Notes under the pieces: model-generated
Told to the model about the DNA's origin: nothing
Database searches by the model: none
The model's input: only the letters and a program-made list of their open reading frames with translations
Program-made: the position numbers and the translations under genes
Origin: Octopus vulgaris
Taxonomy: Eukaryota
Length of the DNA stretch: 64,000 nt
Assembly: GCA_951406725.2 (NCBI GenBank)
Contig: OX597814.1
Coordinates: 110,298,001 to 110,362,000, forward strand
Direction of reading: 5' to 3'
In this document: positions 62,660 to 64,000 of the stretch, piece by piece
Layout: every line of letters begins with the position of its first letter
How positions within the stretch are numbered: the first letter of the stretch is position 1

Positions 62660-62852
62660 CAGTACCACCAAACTGGCCCTCGTGCCGGTGGCACGTAAAA
62701 GCACCCACTACACTCTCAGAGTGGTTGGTGTTAGGAAGGGCATCCAGCTGTAGAAATTCTGCCAGATCAAGATTGGAGTCTGGTTCACCAGACCTCAGTC
62801 GAATCGTCCAACCCATGCTAGCATGGAAAGTGGACGTTAAATGATGATGATG
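62660..62852 (+). mobile_element. RTE 3'-tail repeat (family C) nested in a SINE B head
   Basis: Interrupts GAAGACACTTGCCCAAG...GCAAACTTCATAACCACACAGCCATGCC. Confidence 0.8.
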
Positions 62853-62999
62853 TAGTTGTGGAAGCAAACTTCATAACCACACAGCCATGCCTGGCTGTTT
62901 GATTATCAAGTCTTCGTCAATGAGCTTTACTTGTTTTTCTTTTTTTTATTGCTCAGACAATAAATATGAGTCACATTCAGTGTCGTTATGAGTAACAGT

Positions 63000-63733
63000 C
63001 TGTGAAATCTAACGATATTAATAATGACGAGTGTTTTTGTTTTTTTTTTTTGTCCATTCTGTAATGTGGTTAACACTTGGCATGTTGCTTTATTTCACAG
63101 CCAACTGTGATCGTCTGCTTAGCTTTGGATGATCAGAAGAAAACTTTTCAGCGCCAGTTTTGTTATCGCCGTCCTCGTCGTTGCTGTTGTAGCCGTAGCT
63201 AATCGATATTTGTCTTAATTTTCTGCAATTCAGTTTATTTGATTCCATTTACATATCCGTTTATCACTATATCAAGAATATAAGTGTCTTCAATCAGTTT
63301 CTGAATTTGTTTTCTCTTTAGCACTTTCCAATTAAGCGAGAATATTTCAATAGCCGGCAACCTTTTAATTAGTTATTAATTTTTGTTACAAGCAATCTCT
63401 CCCCCATCTCTCTTTTTCTCTTCTTCACTTTCTCTTTCTTTCCGTCTTTTTCGCTCCCTCTGCCTCTTTTTGTCTCTCTCTTCCCCTTCTTTCAGTTATT
63501 TTCTTCCTCCAAAAATACTGTGTATAGGCCCTACACTAGTCACCTGTGTGTATATAATCATATAAACCAGTCACAATTGCAGGGGGGGGGTAATCTTACA
63601 TGCAATATGATACGAGCCATTTTCGTTCAAAAAAAAATCGGGAGACTCGGCTTCCCCCCCCCCCTCTCTTTTACTTATAAATCGAATATTACCGGATCCC
63701 TTTTCTTTCAGTTGCGCGTCTAGTTTACACTTA

Positions 63734-63776
<43 letters not shown>

Positions 63777-64000
63777 ACACACACACTCACTCACTCATTT
63801 ATGGTAGTAATTATGATTAAGTTAAATAATTACTGATACATATATACTTTGTCACTACGATTGCTGCTTGCTTCGTCACGTCTTGCTTCTTTTATATTTA
63901 ATTTTGCTCTGCTTAACAAACTCCCGTCTCCAAGCACCAGTATTAGAAATACCATCTCTGATATCATACAACTATACACTGCCAAACACTGCTAACATCA
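63000..64000. promoter_or_regulatory. CpG-retaining, TE-poor segment (candidate unmethylated promoter-proximal region)
   Basis: About 25 CpG in 1 kb by eye, versus about 4 in 51-52 kb. No recognisable SINE; (CT)n/(CACT)n tract at 63738-63797. Confidence 0.35.

Overview
AT-rich, repeat-saturated animal genomic DNA. The SINE and RTE-tail families look like those of Octopus/coleoid cephalopods, which is an inference from recalled repeat sequences. No intact host protein-coding gene is supported, and most ORF-track entries are microsatellite or repeat artefacts. The window holds dozens of tRNA-derived SINEs (at least 3 families), RTE and CR1 LINE fragments, an ORF1-only (RRM-like + zinc knuckle) L1/Tx1-type element, piggyBac and hAT MITEs including a 3-level nest with a piggyBac transposase relic, a non-autonomous Helitron, Penelope-like (PLE) relics, long fold-back palindromes and many micro/minisatellites. 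The most unusual item is a short element family present 3 times (23530-23654, 25512-25835, 35565-35835). It joins a tRNA-like Pol III head to a minimal type I hammerhead ribozyme motif and shows PLE-style inverted end duplications. Two copies bracket the ORF1-only element on the same strand. All coordinates were read by eye and repeat boundaries are approximate.
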